From Macrostomum hystrix (lineage: Eukaryota > Animalia > Platyhelminthes): 64,000 nt of DNA. Positions 23,206-35,944 of this stretch are shown piece after piece (position 1 is the first letter of the stretch; every line of letters starts with the position of its first letter). The DNA lies in the NCBI GenBank assembly GCA_950097015.1, contig CATNEN010000039.1, positions 11,656,001 through 11,720,000 on the forward strand, in the 5' to 3' direction. A program made the translations under genes and the position numbers. The notes under the pieces are model-generated. The model made no database searches. It was given only the letters and a program-made list of their open reading frames with translations, and had not been told where the DNA came from.

Positions 23206-26200
23206 TGTGCATGTGGCTCAATAGGACCAGGCTAAATAAGTTAGACTAGCTGGAAAAAAAGAAGACTTAAATTAGAAATTTAAATTAAGCAATAGAAATT
23301 GTACTTAACTAATTTGGCTGAAAAAAATATTATTCTCAACATAATTTCTAGAAAATGTTTTGTTAAAGTAGATTCAAAACCCTAAAATTGTTGTCTTAAC
23401 ATTAATTAAATTCTTAATATTCTATCTATAGACATATGTTTCAAAATCAGAGATTCAGAAAGACTCACCTTAACTAACTTAATTACATGAAAAATAACAA
23501 GACTAGACTGCACTTCATTAGACAATCACATGCAAATGGAACCTATCCACAGTAAATATATAATATATATATACAATTGTACCTACAGCAATTAAACACC
23601 AAAAGCCAAAAAGCAACTTGGCTTTTCCTGCTTAATAAATAATTTTTTATTTCAAATCATTGTTTGTTACAATTAGCTTATATGTTGTGTTTGTATGGCT
23701 TATTGGGAAAATAATTCCTACCATTTAATTGTCTTTGTCATCTAAAGTCTGCTAATCAAATAGATAGAACATGTTGATTGATCCTATGTGATTTCCTATG
23801 GGCTCATGGCCTGCTTTGCAAATTAATAATAATATATGTCTGAACTAAACTGCCAAGGGCCATGTGAACTGTTAAATGACCAATTTTTAACTGGTTACAA
23901 TTGACTAAAGTATAACTATTAAAATTTATAGCATTTCTATACCATTATTCAATACCATTTCAATTATATTTTATTTTTCTAAACAAGAAAATTTACTCTA
24001 CACTACACATATTGTCATGGCTTTGAACTTGGTCTTCAACAGTTTTTTGTTTGAAGAAAGATTATTAATGGTGTGTTGTAGTATATAGGCCTATGTTTTA
24101 ATTCTATGTGAGAGGCCTAAATATCTTATCTAGATAGGCCTAGCTGACAACTTTGCCATCAGGATGACAAACTGTCTAGAATCTTAGAGAGTAAATGACA
24201 AGGTGATTTAGATTGTTGATACTTCTTTATCTATGTTATCATTGACATAGACATGACATAAACAATGCTTAGGGTTTTCTAAGGTTTTGTACTTCAATGT
24301 TCCTTTTTATTTGTGATGTACCTCTCCTTTGCATACCACCAATGTGTAACATTATTATTTTTAGTTCTCAGTATGCAGCTTTCTGCTCCCTATTGGAATA
24401 AGTTGACAAATCTTGTCCAACCATCTGTTGCAAGTTTAGACTTTTTGGTGTTGCATTACGTTGCAAGGCATCACCAAGGCATCGCACTACAGCACCTTGT
24501 CATGGCAGGAGGGTGGCATGGTGTGGTGCAGCATGGTATGTCGCCTTGCACTTTTGAGTCACATTTTTGACACCTATGTCATGCGTCTGCAGGTTTTTGA
24601 CATTTATTCTAATAGGGTTTCAGCTCAGCTACATTGAAGCTACCTGGGTCATATTCCCTATTTTGGTAAGCTGTAGGGTAATGTATCATCAACCGAACAG
24701 TGTAGGCCTATCTTCAAAACCAAACAAGAATTTTGACTTCTTCCTTGGTCTCATGCAAGACAGAAACAAGCAATTGTGTTTCACAGAACAACTAATTTGA
24801 AAGTTGAAGAAATTATCTACAAGCTGAGGCATGATGTGCAATGAAGCATTAAGAGGAAAGAAATATATTGATGTTTCAGTAGAAATTTTTATTGCAAAAG
24901 CATACTTTTTAACAACAATTTTTCTGTATGTACTTTAGACGAAGATTGTATCATTGTATGTGGTTGCTTGCCAATTAAATGACCATAAATGTAGTTATTT
25001 ATAGAGCATGAAAAATGCTTTCAAATTACATAATTCATGATAGTTCACTCCTTAAAATAAGATTAAACCACTAACTCAAATTGTAAAACCAAACATCAAA
25101 TTCTCTGTCTGGTTTGAAGATACATGAAAATCATTGTTCGGTTTTAGATAAAAAGCAGGAATAATTTTTTTTCTATTTGATAAAATAGCAAAGGCAGATA
25201 CTTTTTAGAAAGATGTAACTGTTTTCTATAACTTGGCTTTTGATTTATCATCATATCTTAAATAGAAAATCTGTAGCTTAAGTTTGAAGTTAAAAAATAC
25301 ACATTCTTGTTTGGTTGATGATACATTACCCTACATGCTGGAAAAATGTATGTTAAAAAACAGCAGAAGTAGCCTACATATTATCTTTCTCCTCTGCCAG
25401 TCTGCCTCCTTTTGACATTTTGTATCTTTCTCTTGCCTTTTTGTGTCTTTCTATTACAATTTACATACACTTTATATTACATATAACAATATAAGTCAAG
25501 ACAAACTTAGTTGTCCTAAATCTATTATTATTTGGTCCCAAGTATGGGGGGCCTACAGAATGAGAAAGTGGGAGGGGACAAAGTCTCACAGTTTGGCATC
25601 ATTTTAACATATACTTGTATGTAGCAGCCAACAACATCAGTAAAATGGAGTACAAATAGGCCTTTGTAGTACAAATATCTACAAAAAACACTGGTTGGTG
25701 CTTGGTGGACATCTATTGGTGTGGATGACTAACTGACCAAGAGTTAAAACATGTTGATTAGATGGATGACAAAGTTTTCTATCTTTGGTTTGAAGGGGGC
25801 TGACAAAACGAAATTATAAGATAATGAAGTTGTAGGATAGCAAAGTGCCTAGTAGACTTGGATCCTTGCTGCTTAGGGAGTGTTGCAAAAGTAGTAAAAT
25901 TGTAAAAATTACATACAAACTACATAGGCTAGGCCCTACATAAAAAATACAATTTAATTGTAAAAATATTACATTAAATATATATAATATAGTATAGGCC
26001 TATCGTAAATATCGTAAAAAAGTCTTTCTTAGTCTGTCTAGGCCTATCTAAATTGTAAAATATACGTGACAAATATGTTTAAGACTGCCTTTGTGTCTTT
26101 TTTCTCTTTTTTCTTTTCTCACTTTTCATTGTAGCTACTTTTTTAGGTACATGGATTCCTGCCGACCAGTATGCATGACCAAATAAAGCTAAAAAAGATA

Positions 26201-27341
26201 AATAAAGCTAAACCCCGTGAGATGTACACTCTGTACGATATCTACTTTCAATGTAAGCTAGTAAAACGACGCAAAGCAACATGGCCGCCCGTTTTAAATT
26301 AACGCCAATCTATCCAACCTAATCAAATGACAAAAATTGAAACAAACTGTTCAATCTTAAAAGCGAATAAAATACAGTAGAAAAGTAATTATTTCGACTT
26401 TCAGAGTTCATATTTGAGTATCATTATTTTGATTATTTTTCTGTAAGTCATTCTTTTCTAATATAATTATTATTATTTCAGTTTCTACGTAGGGCTAAGG
26501 AACTTATAATTACACTTAATGCTAACACAATCTGGAACCCTCGTGTGTGTTTTCTGTCAGTAAGATTTTTACACCAATATTTCAAAATAAAGAAGACTTT
26601 TTGCTTTAGCAAGCTAAATATATAGTTTTAATTAAAATCTCGTGAACAGCTGCTTTTGAAACAAGTATTTATAATATTACAACATGTGGATCTGCTAGGC
26701 CTATGACCCTGACCTATAATATTAGGGGGGCCTATTCTAAGACTTTCTCTGACTATAATGTATTTAAGAATTATCATCTTATAATATGTAGTAAAATCTT
26801 TGTAAGTTATATATTAATACCTGCATACCTGCCCAGAAACAGCATGGGTCATATATGGAAAATAAGCTTAATAGCCTGCCCTACAGTAGGCTAGGCCTAA
26901 GCTATACAGTTAAAAACCACTAAATTGTCTACTATGTAGCCTGCAGCTAAATTCAATGATGTTTCTAATTCTATTCTAATCTAATCTTGATGGCAATCCT
27001 TATCTACATGTGCATGGTTTTTTGCAAATAGTGTCAACTTTATCCTCATGCAATCATGGATGGATCCATGCCAATAATAGGCCTAGGGTTCCAGTAATCT
27101 CATCTGCCAACAAGCCACACAGTTTTCATAGTGGTAGTAGGCCTATGCTCAGAGGGCATAGATGGCAAGCTTCCATAGATCCCAATGTACATTTATTTAA
27201 CCAATCAATGCAATTTTAGGCCTTCTTTGTGACAATATAAGACAAGTACGAGGGTATTCCAAAAGTCCTTTCCCTTTTGAGCATAGCTTAGGATGTATAG
27301 GTCTGATTGTGAAGCCATTTTTTATGGCTTCTAGAACTTTT

Positions 27342-27870
27342 GGTAATTTTTCCTTACCTGACTGTAAATTATTTTTGGCTTCCTGTTTCAGTTTCTTTTA
27401 ATTTTTTGGCTAAAGTTGTGTATGTATGTGGGGCGCACATTTTAAGAAAAGAAAAAAATATTTCAACAGCACGTGCTACCCGGCACACGCAGCCTGACTG
27501 ACCAGTGGGCTGTGTACAACCAGCTGCCGAACCATGCCACTGTCAACCACTCCCTCAACTTCGTCAACGCTGCGGACCCAACTGTGCACACCCAGAACAT
27601 CAAGGGAACGTGGGGTCATGACAAGGCCAAGCTAAGACAGATGCATGGCACGTCGGGTGCACTCTTTGACACTTACCTCCAGGAGTTTATCTGGAGGCGC
27701 CATTGGGGAGGAGAGCGTCATTTTGAAAATTTCATTTACTGGGTCCAGCAATACTACCCATGCTGACTTTTAGCTTTTACCGTTAGCCCGTAAAAATATT
27801 TACATTTTAAATATAAAAAATTCGAAAAAAACTTAAAAAATAATTTACATTTGGGTAAGGAAAGATTACC
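27342..27870 (+). mobile_element. Internally deleted Merlin (IS1595/ISXO2-like) DNA transposon
   Basis: TIRs ggtaatttttccttacc...tgtaaattattttt / aaaaataatttaca...ggtaaggaaagattacc; 8-bp TSD gaactttt/aaactttt; contains a transposase C-terminus. Confidence 0.85.
27473..27766 (+). pseudogene. Merlin/ISXO2-like DDE transposase C-terminal fragment
   Basis: LPGT..TDQW..Y, HATVNHSLNFV, VHTQNI(K)GTW, YLQEFIWRR motifs; N-terminus absent; the expected catalytic E reads K. Confidence 0.85.
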
Positions 27871-29618
27871 AAACTTTTTTCTGTGATTCTTTTGATACCA
27901 AACTTATGCTAAATAGTAAAGCTGTTTCTGAGATATATACTAGGCATTGGTCATAGACACCTACTAGGCCTATTAGGTTTACAAAGATTGATTTTTCTGC
28001 CTAAAACCAAGTCTTGTGTTGTGTTGACTTAAATTTTAAAGCCCAAGAAAGGAAATGTTAGCCATAATCTTGACATGATTTTGCTGAAACATTACAATAG
28101 TCTTTCTGCAGGTATTGTGTTTTCAAAAGCCTTACTTCTTGTCAACAAGTTTGCTGTCTCTTTTGACATCTGGAGTTTGGATCACCTCCATGGATGCCCA
28201 CAGTGTCAAAGCACAGCAAGCTGCAATCTTTTTACTTGATCGAAAATGATCAAAAACCGCTTTGCAATCAGACCTCTATATCCTAAGCTATGCTCAAGGA
28301 AAGGACTATGGAAAGGACTTTTGGAACTCCCCTTGTAGCAGAGCAGACAAAAAGACTAGAAACCCTAATAATGCATAGTCCTACCTTATCTTCACTGCAG
28401 CTTGTAGGAATTGTTGGAAGCTTATTTCATTTACACACCTTTAATTTGGATCTTTTCCTTCTAGAACATATATATACAACATCAGTGCTGCTATAGTGAC
28501 ATGCGTAATTAACCTAGTTGTACTCTAGTTATCAAATTCAGTTCAGTAATAAAGTTTGTGGAACCCTTGAATTTAGCTGAATTAAAGTGAAAAAATGTCT
28601 TCCACACAATACCAATGTTCATGTCATGCCAATTGTTAACAAATATATATATTTGTTATAAATATAATATAACAAAAGTGTCTATAATTTAATAACTAAA
28701 AAGCAAATTGGCCTAGCTAATATAATTCTAACAATATGCCTAATTACTTGCAACCACAACCTCAGACAGGCAGTTACTTTCTAGCTACTGCTGGTTTATG
28801 GCATGCTTTATAATATATATGATTATAATTATAAAATATCTGACAAGTGAGGTCAGACAGGATACAAATCTCTCAAGAACGCAACTGGGATTTTGGTAAT
28901 TGAGATATAGGCTTAAATTTTTCTGTAGACAAAGAAAAGAAAAAAAATAATTTAATTAATTAACAAAGAAATATTCCATAGTCTAGATCATGTGGTATTT
29001 GTCCAAAATATTTTGGTGTGGATTGGTGTTGCCTGCCAAATTTGGCATGCACACTTAGTGCTCAAAGTGAGTATAATGCACATGTAACAATAAAGAGTAA
29101 TAGCAATAAAGACTAGTAGTAAAATGGTTAGCTGATTTTTCATCAAATTTTTTAACTTCTTTTAATTTAGCAAAATAGAAATAGTTTAAGTATGTACTTT
29201 AGCCTTCAAAGTTTTATGGTATCCACTCAGAGTCATCCAGAGAATCGAAATAATTTTTCAATTTTATACTTAACCTAATTTATAATAATATTAACTAACT
29301 ACTAATTACTTTTTAGTAGCTAGCTATGAAACTGAGTTAGTGTAGATTACTTCGTATACATGTACACAGCTTTAAGTTTAAGAACTAATAAGAGAACAAG
29401 ACTAGTGGTATGATTACTTCTCCGGGTGTTTTTCAATCAGATTCTATTGAAATGGTTTCTATTTACGAATCCTTCCAGATTCTTTGCTTGCATTGGCGTC
29501 CAGTTTAGCTTCAACCGTGAACTTCTCAAAACCCAAAACAATTCAATTTGAACTGGACTTAACTCAGAGTCCAGATAGGCACAGTGCAGAGTGCTTCAAT
29601 AATCAGCGGTTGGATTCG

Positions 29619-32600
29619 ATGAACGGCGGCGGCAGCAGGCGGCAAATGAATGGCGGCAGTCCATTGTCCAATAGTCGCGCATTTCCATCGCCATTCTCTT
29701 TGAACTTCAGCGCCTCCAGCGGTCAGGCTGTGGCGCCAAGTCCTAGCGGATTTGCCTTCTCTTTGAATGCGCCTTCGACATCTGCCTCCGCTGCCGCCGC
29801 CGCCGCAGCAGCAGCCGCCGCTGCACCAGACGAACCGCCATTGCGATTGGACGAAGTGCCCACCGCTGTGCGACTATTGCGTCAGGCGTTGCGTCAGCCG
29901 CATCGGAAACTGCTGGAAGATGCCGAGGTTGTACGGAAACTGAATAGATTATCTCACTGCCAGCCAGTTATTACGGTCAACACATTAGAGGATATTGCTA
30001 GACTGAATGCTCAGGTCTGTGGCTTGCTATGACTAGATTTTTTTAATTTGTCCTTTTAAATATTTTTTTAACTTCCATTTTTTTAATTTTCTAAGGAAAA
30101 GTGGCATATTTTCAGACATTTTCATTTTTTGTCCTTGATTTTTCTATTGATTGGCATCTTTTTTAAGCCTTAGGAAAGTCTAGGATATTTTTCCAGAATA
30201 CACGAATCTTTCTTGAAGATTGTGGGATATTTTCCAGCAATATTAGCTGCGGCGGGTCTTAGAGATGTAAGATTTTTAGTTCTTCCCATATTTATTAGAG
30301 CCACTAGAGTGTGTTCTACTTGTATGGTTCTTCCCAATTATTAATTGCATTGTAGAAAATGTTAATATTAACATCCTGTCATCAGGTTTCATCATATTGA
30401 ACTGAACTCTCGCCATTGTCAGGACGCGCGCGATCGCATATTTCTTTGCTTGGCCCGCCAGCCTTTGATCAATTTCACCTACTGCAGCGAGTTTGTTCAG
30501 TTGATGCGCACGGAATTTGAAAATATGATTATCCAGGCTGATAATAGCGCACCCATCACTACTAAGCTAGAGGTTGAGCACTTGCAAGCCATGTGCCTGT
30601 CCTGGAGACTAATGTGTGAGCACAGTTACGAATGCGTCATCTACAATCACGAAAGAATCCGCTCTCTGCAGCCAATGCTCATTGACAAGCTTCGCCCGCC
30701 GCGAGACAATCCGGACGCTGATATTGAACCGCTGCGCGCTTTCATCATACTGGACGGCGAAATGAAGCGAGTGCGCTGCGAATGGGACGAAGCCCAACCT
30801 GCGCTAAAGGCATGGCGTTTGGCTAACAAGCCGCCAGCTGACATTCCATGGCCGACTGATCCGCCTCGCAATGCCGAAGAACTGGCACTCGGCTCCGCTC
30901 CTGGACCGTTTGTTAGTTGCGAACGCTGCAGTAAAACTGTTTGCACCTGCCAGAGCTGCCGCATGACTCATTATTTCACCTGCGGAGTGCTGGCGCCCAG
31001 GCCCGCACCAGACGGTTCCGGCCGATTAGAATTCGACGACGATGAAGACGGCTTCGAGGAGAGCTTCTTGTCGTTGGGCCGTCAGTCCTCGCCCCCCAGA
31101 CCAACTCATCTCCATAATCAGCATCACCAGCATCAGACAGCTCAATCTACTCAGACAACATCAACATCGACATCGACTCAAGCCTCGGCTGCTCAGCCCG
31201 CCCAGTCAGCTGGAGCTGCAGCGGCTCCCGTGTCGGCCAATTACCACGCCAATAGGGACCGATTGCGACAGAAATTAAAAGAGAAAAGAAAGCAGAAAAC
31301 TGCAGCGGCCGCTTCCCCTAGCAGCAATGCTACTAACAGTAGAGATAGCTGCGTTGAACCACCCGATCAAGCATCAGAGCAGTCTAGGGCTAAGAAAAAG
31401 ACAAAAGCTTCAGCTGCATCCGATATAGACGAATTGGTGCGATTCATTGAGGGCCAAAACTCCACGGGTTCGACTAACGGCGGCGTTAATAACAATGCAA
31501 ATAGCGGCAGTCAGGCTAGTAACAAAACTGGACAGAAACAAAGACAACCTCCCACTACCACTGCCAAGACTAAAAAGCCTGTCAGCAAGTCTAAACAGCA
31601 GCAGCAGCTGGCGGTGTCTGCTAATTCTGGCACTGCTGTAAACAGTCGCGGTAGCAGTTATACCAGAAGCAACAATATTGACAGCGGTGAGTTATTTTAA
31701 TATTCATGCTATTACTGGTACATAGTCCTGCATTTTTGATTGTGATGTTTGATCCTCTAAACAAACCCATTTAGAGCTAAAGCGTTAACGAATTAATGTT
31801 AGTGTTTTTGATCAGGGACACAAGTTTTTCACCCTGCTACTTAGGTTAGATAAAAATTGATTTTGACTACTTTGAGTAGAAATGCGCACATTTTATTGAA
31901 AAAAGATATATTTATTTATTTAGTGTTTCTACCGCGCGGCGCCAGTCCCAGCTCCGCGTTCGACAACCGGCTCGACGAATATAATGACGATGATAACGAC
32001 GATTGCGCAGATTGGACCGATGGCGACGATCTAGATGATGACGAGTTGGATCCAGTTGTTGAACAGTTTAAAAGGTTTGAAACTGATCTTTATCTACATT
32101 AATAAGTTTTATTTTTTCAAATCACGGATTAAACTTGAGTGATTCTCAGCACCTTAAATTAATATCAAGGATTTCTGCGAATTGGGAATCAATGTAGAGA
32201 ATTAAGATTGTCTGTTATCTGATTTAATTGGGATTTTTATATTGAGCTGTAAATATTTCTTTTTATCAGGAATGGGATTTTGGTATATTCGATAATCTTA
32301 AATGGGATTTGGGATTTTAGATAATCTGAAATAGGATTTGGGGATCTAAAATAATCTGAAATAGTATTTGGGGATCTAAAATAATATGAAATGGGATTTG
32401 GGGATCTAAAATAATCTGAAATAGTATTTGGGGATCTAAAATAATATGAAATGGGATTTGGGGATCTAAAATAATCTTAAATGGGATTTGGGGATCTAAA
32501 ATAATCTGAAATGGGATTTGGGGATCTTAAATATTCTGAAATGGGATTTGGGGATCTCAGATGATCTGAAATTGGATTTGGGGATCTCAGATGATCTGAA

Positions 32601-33196
32601 ATGGGATTTGGGGATCTCAGATGATCTGAAATGGGATTTGGGGATCTCAGATGATCTGAAATGGGATTTGGGGATCTCAGATGATCTGAAATTGGATTTG
32701 GGGATCTCAGATGATCTGAAATGGGATTTGGGGATCTCAGATGATCTGAAATGGGATTTGGGGATCTTAGATGATCTGAAATTGGATTTGGGGATCTCAG
32801 ATGATCTGAAATGGGATTTGGGGATCTCAGATGATCTGAAATTGGATTTGGGGATCTCAGATGATCTGAAATGGACTTTAACAATCTCAGATATCCTATA
32901 ATATTACATTGTATTTTCGATTTCCGATAATCTAAAATCATCGATTAAATAATTTGTGAGGTGTCTGAGAGTCATGTAAGTAATTTCTTAATTGTGGTTT
33001 AGTTGTTTTTCCTTCGCCGTGTATTGTGCAATTAAATTAACTGATTTGTGTCCGCAGCTTCGTATTGAGCTCGCCGACTCCCTCGGCTCAGCGTCAGCGA
33101 GTATCCTGCCTGGACATGCAGTCTCTGGCCCGCCAGATGACCGGCCAGCGACCCAGCCCGGCGGCAGCTCCCGGCGCTAAATTTGGCACCAACTGA
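29619..33196 (+). CDS. FAM193: FAM193-family protein
   Basis: Exons 29619-30014, 30423-31686, 31924-32074, 33058-33196 (phases 0, 1, 2 consistent). Motifs recalled from FAM193A/B: CxCxxCxxxHxxTCG, RDRLRQKL, DIDELVRFIEG, C-terminal DSVFLP...ELDPVVEQFKSFVLSS..QRQRVS. Confidence 0.75.
32270..32878. repeat. 30-bp minisatellite in a FAM193 intron
   Basis: Unit atgggatttggggatctcagatgatctgaa. Confidence 0.97.
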
Positions 33197-33524
33197 CCGA
33201 GAACCGACCCAGTTGTGTACATATTTGGCAACTTCAGCTAAACAAACTGCGCTGGCACAAATTAAATGCTTTCCAATGCGAATCAGAAAGTTCCAGTTTT
33301 TTGTATATTCAGTTGTTTTTAATGTTTGGAGTTTTTTAGTTTTGCCTTGTTTCTAAGAGAATAATTTTTTAAGCGCCAGTCAATTGGCTTGATTAGGCTG
33401 CTGGATGCAGTGCAACCACCCGATAATTGTAACTGGGATATGGCTAATCCTGAAGGTAGTAATTAAAGGATTAACATTGGTTGCTTATCAGAAGGGGGTA
33501 TTAGGGATTTATCCTCTAGAAAAT

Positions 33525-33905
33525 TATTAGTGGTTTCTCAGAAAGGGAATAACTCGTGGTTTATCAAAAAGGGGATAATTAGTGGTTTATCAAAAAGGGG
33601 ATAACTAGTGGTTTATCAAAAAGGGGGATAACTAGTGGTTTATCAAAAAAGGGGATAACTAGTGGTTTATCAAAAAAGGGGATAACTAGTGGTTTATCAA
33701 AAAAGGGGATAACTAGTGGTTTATCAAAAAAGGGGATAACTAGTGGTTTATCAAAAAGGGGATAACTAGTGGCTAATCAAAAAAGGGGATAATTAGTGGT
33801 TTATCAAAAAGGGGATAACTAGTGGTTTATCAAAAAAGGGGATAACTAGTGGTTTATCAAAAAGGGGATAACTAGTGGTTTATCAAAAAAGGGGATAATT
33901 AGTGC
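33525..33905. repeat. ~29-30-bp minisatellite
   Basis: Unit ggggataactagtggtttatcaaaaa(a). Confidence 0.95.
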
Positions 33906-34407
33906 GTTTTACATCGTGTGATTTCAAAACAAGCAGGTTGTGTCCAGTAAAGAGAAGCACAAATATATTTTTATCACTATGTTTTTTCCACTAAGTAATT
34001 CATAAATTATGTGAAATTCGTGTAATTCCAAAAAAGGAATGTGTTAACATATTTTCTTACACTGTGCTGTAGTGTCTTCCCTCTATGCACCTTTTGTCCT
34101 TCAGTTTCATCATTTTCGTATGTGTCTTTTCATAATCTGTTGATGTGCCAGCATTCTAGAGAATATTTATAATCTTAAAAAAAAACTCCAAATAAACAAG
34201 AAATTTGAAATTACTTATGGAGGCGAAATTGATTGCGTCCTTTTAGGCAGTGTTTTAGGATAAAGTAATGATGACGTTCGGGTCATAATAGTTTCTCACA
34301 AAAACATAACGATGTTTCTAAAATATAATAATGATAATAGTGTGTAAAAATTAACTTTCATTTTTGTATGTTCGCTTACTGGGATTGTTTAATGATTTTA
34401 AAAAATT

Positions 34408-35122
34408 GGTAGATAAGGCGGCAGTTTCGGCTGCGCTGTGGGGGTAAATAAGGCGGCAGTTAAGGGTGCTGTGGGGTAGATAAGGCGGCAGTTTAGGGTG
34501 CGATGGGTTAGATAAGGCGGCAGTTAAGGGTGCGCTGTGGGGTAGATAAGGCGGCAGTTAAGGGTGCGCTGTGGGGTAGATAAGGCGGCAGTTTAGGGTG
34601 CGTTGTGATGTAGATGAGGCGGTAGTTAAGGGTGCGCTGTGGGTTAGATAAAGCGGCAGTTTAGGGTGCGCTGTGGGGTAGATAAGGCGGCAGTTAAGGG
34701 TGCGCTGTGGGTTAGATAAGGCGGCACTTTAGCGTGCGCTGTGGGGATAGATAAGACGGCAGTTTAGGGTGCGCTGTTGGGTAGATAAGACGGCAGTTTA
34801 GGGTGCGCTGTGGGGTAGATAAGACGGCAGTTTAGGGTGGTGTGGGGGTAGATAAGACGTCAGTTTAGGGTGGTGTGGGGGTAGATAAGACGTCAGTTTA
34901 GGGTGGTGTGGGGGTAGATAAGACGTCAGTTTAGGGTGGTGTGGGGGTAGATAAGACGTCAGTTTAAGGTGGTGTGGGGGTAGATAAGACGTCAGTTTAG
35001 GGTGGTGTGGGGTAGATAAGACGTCAGTTTAGGGTGGTGTGGGGGTAGATAAGACGGCAGTTTAGGGTGGTGTGGGGGTAGATAAGACGGCAGTTTAGGG
35101 TGGTGTGGGGTAGATTAGACGG
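34408..35122. repeat. 32-33-bp G-rich minisatellite with a variant gradient
   Basis: Unit gtagataaggcggcagtttagggtgcgctgtggg changes progressively to gtagataagacgtcagtttagggtggtgtgggg. Confidence 0.95.
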
Positions 35123-35415
35123 TCAAAGAAGCTATTCATTAGTCACAAATTATTGCCGTAATTTTTCGTAAATCTGTATGAAAGTTATATTTTGCAAGTT
35201 AATTGTTTATTAGCTTAACTACTCGTAAATAAACTCACACAGCGGGTGAAAAAACTTTAGCTACGAGTAAATCAGGTGACGATTGCCTTATCTGTGCTCA
35301 GAGGATTGTAAAAGCTTGTATTTCAGTAATTAAAGTAATTTAAACAAAAGTACAGGTACAGTTAGTTTCGCCAACTGTCAGTGTTAGTTGCGCCTGCCCA
35401 ATCCAGAGCTCAGTC

Positions 35416-35745
35416 TCATTGCCGGCTAGTTCGATTCTTGCCGCCGCCGCTGCTGCTGCTTAAATTTGAGTACTTTTTATCCCATATTGACAGTTGCATT
35501 ATTCTGCTCATCTCAGCTGTCAGCTGGCTGGTGTGCTGAACTAGGTCTAGCCCGTCAGTTAGCATGGTTCTCACTTCGGATATCAATTCGGCTGAGTCGG
35601 CTGACGCCGCGGTCAGACCTTCTTGTTGGCGCTCCTGTCGATGCTGAAAGCTGGATAGTGCTTGCCCTGGGCTTGGCTGCTCAGCCATGAATCTCCCTAT
35701 TTTGCGAAGATGCTTTTTCCTAACCAGATTCCTCCATTGTGGGTC
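35416..35745 (-). CDS. Possible terminal exon or small gene of unknown function
   Basis: Open frame of 110 codons from acceptor cactcccag|GAC (35745) or ATG 35688; exon-like GC content, helical/Q-S-rich; no recognisable family. Confidence 0.4.
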   Translation of the reverse strand, partial: DPQWRNLVRKKHLRKIGRFMAEQPSPGQALSSFQHRQERQQEGLTAASADSAELISEVRTMLTDGLDLVQHTSQLTAEMSRIMQLSIWDKKYSNLSSSSGGGKNRTSRQ

Positions 35746-35944
35746 CTGGGAGTGACAAAGGTTTTACACTGTATATGCGAGCATGGCTTGAAAAGCTACA
35801 GTTGGCAGACAATTCTAAATTATTAATAAGCTTTTTTCATGCATTATTCAGCTAGCGTATAACGCCGCAGATCCATCTTAAAAAGATTGACTGTACTATT
35901 CTGTTCCCATAGCAACTACAAATAAAGTATGAGAGTAGGATATC

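Larger units (their letters stand above)
27249..28335. mobile_element. Non-autonomous Tc1/mariner-like element
   Basis: TA|cgagggtattccaaaagtcctttcc ... ggaaaggacttttggaactccccttg|TA: ~25-bp imperfect TIRs with TA flanks. Confidence 0.75.

Noticed and set aside
27473-27766. Bacterial IS1595 contamination or horizontal transfer
   Set aside because: Explained by the eukaryotic Merlin superfamily, with TIRs and TSD embedded in host DNA
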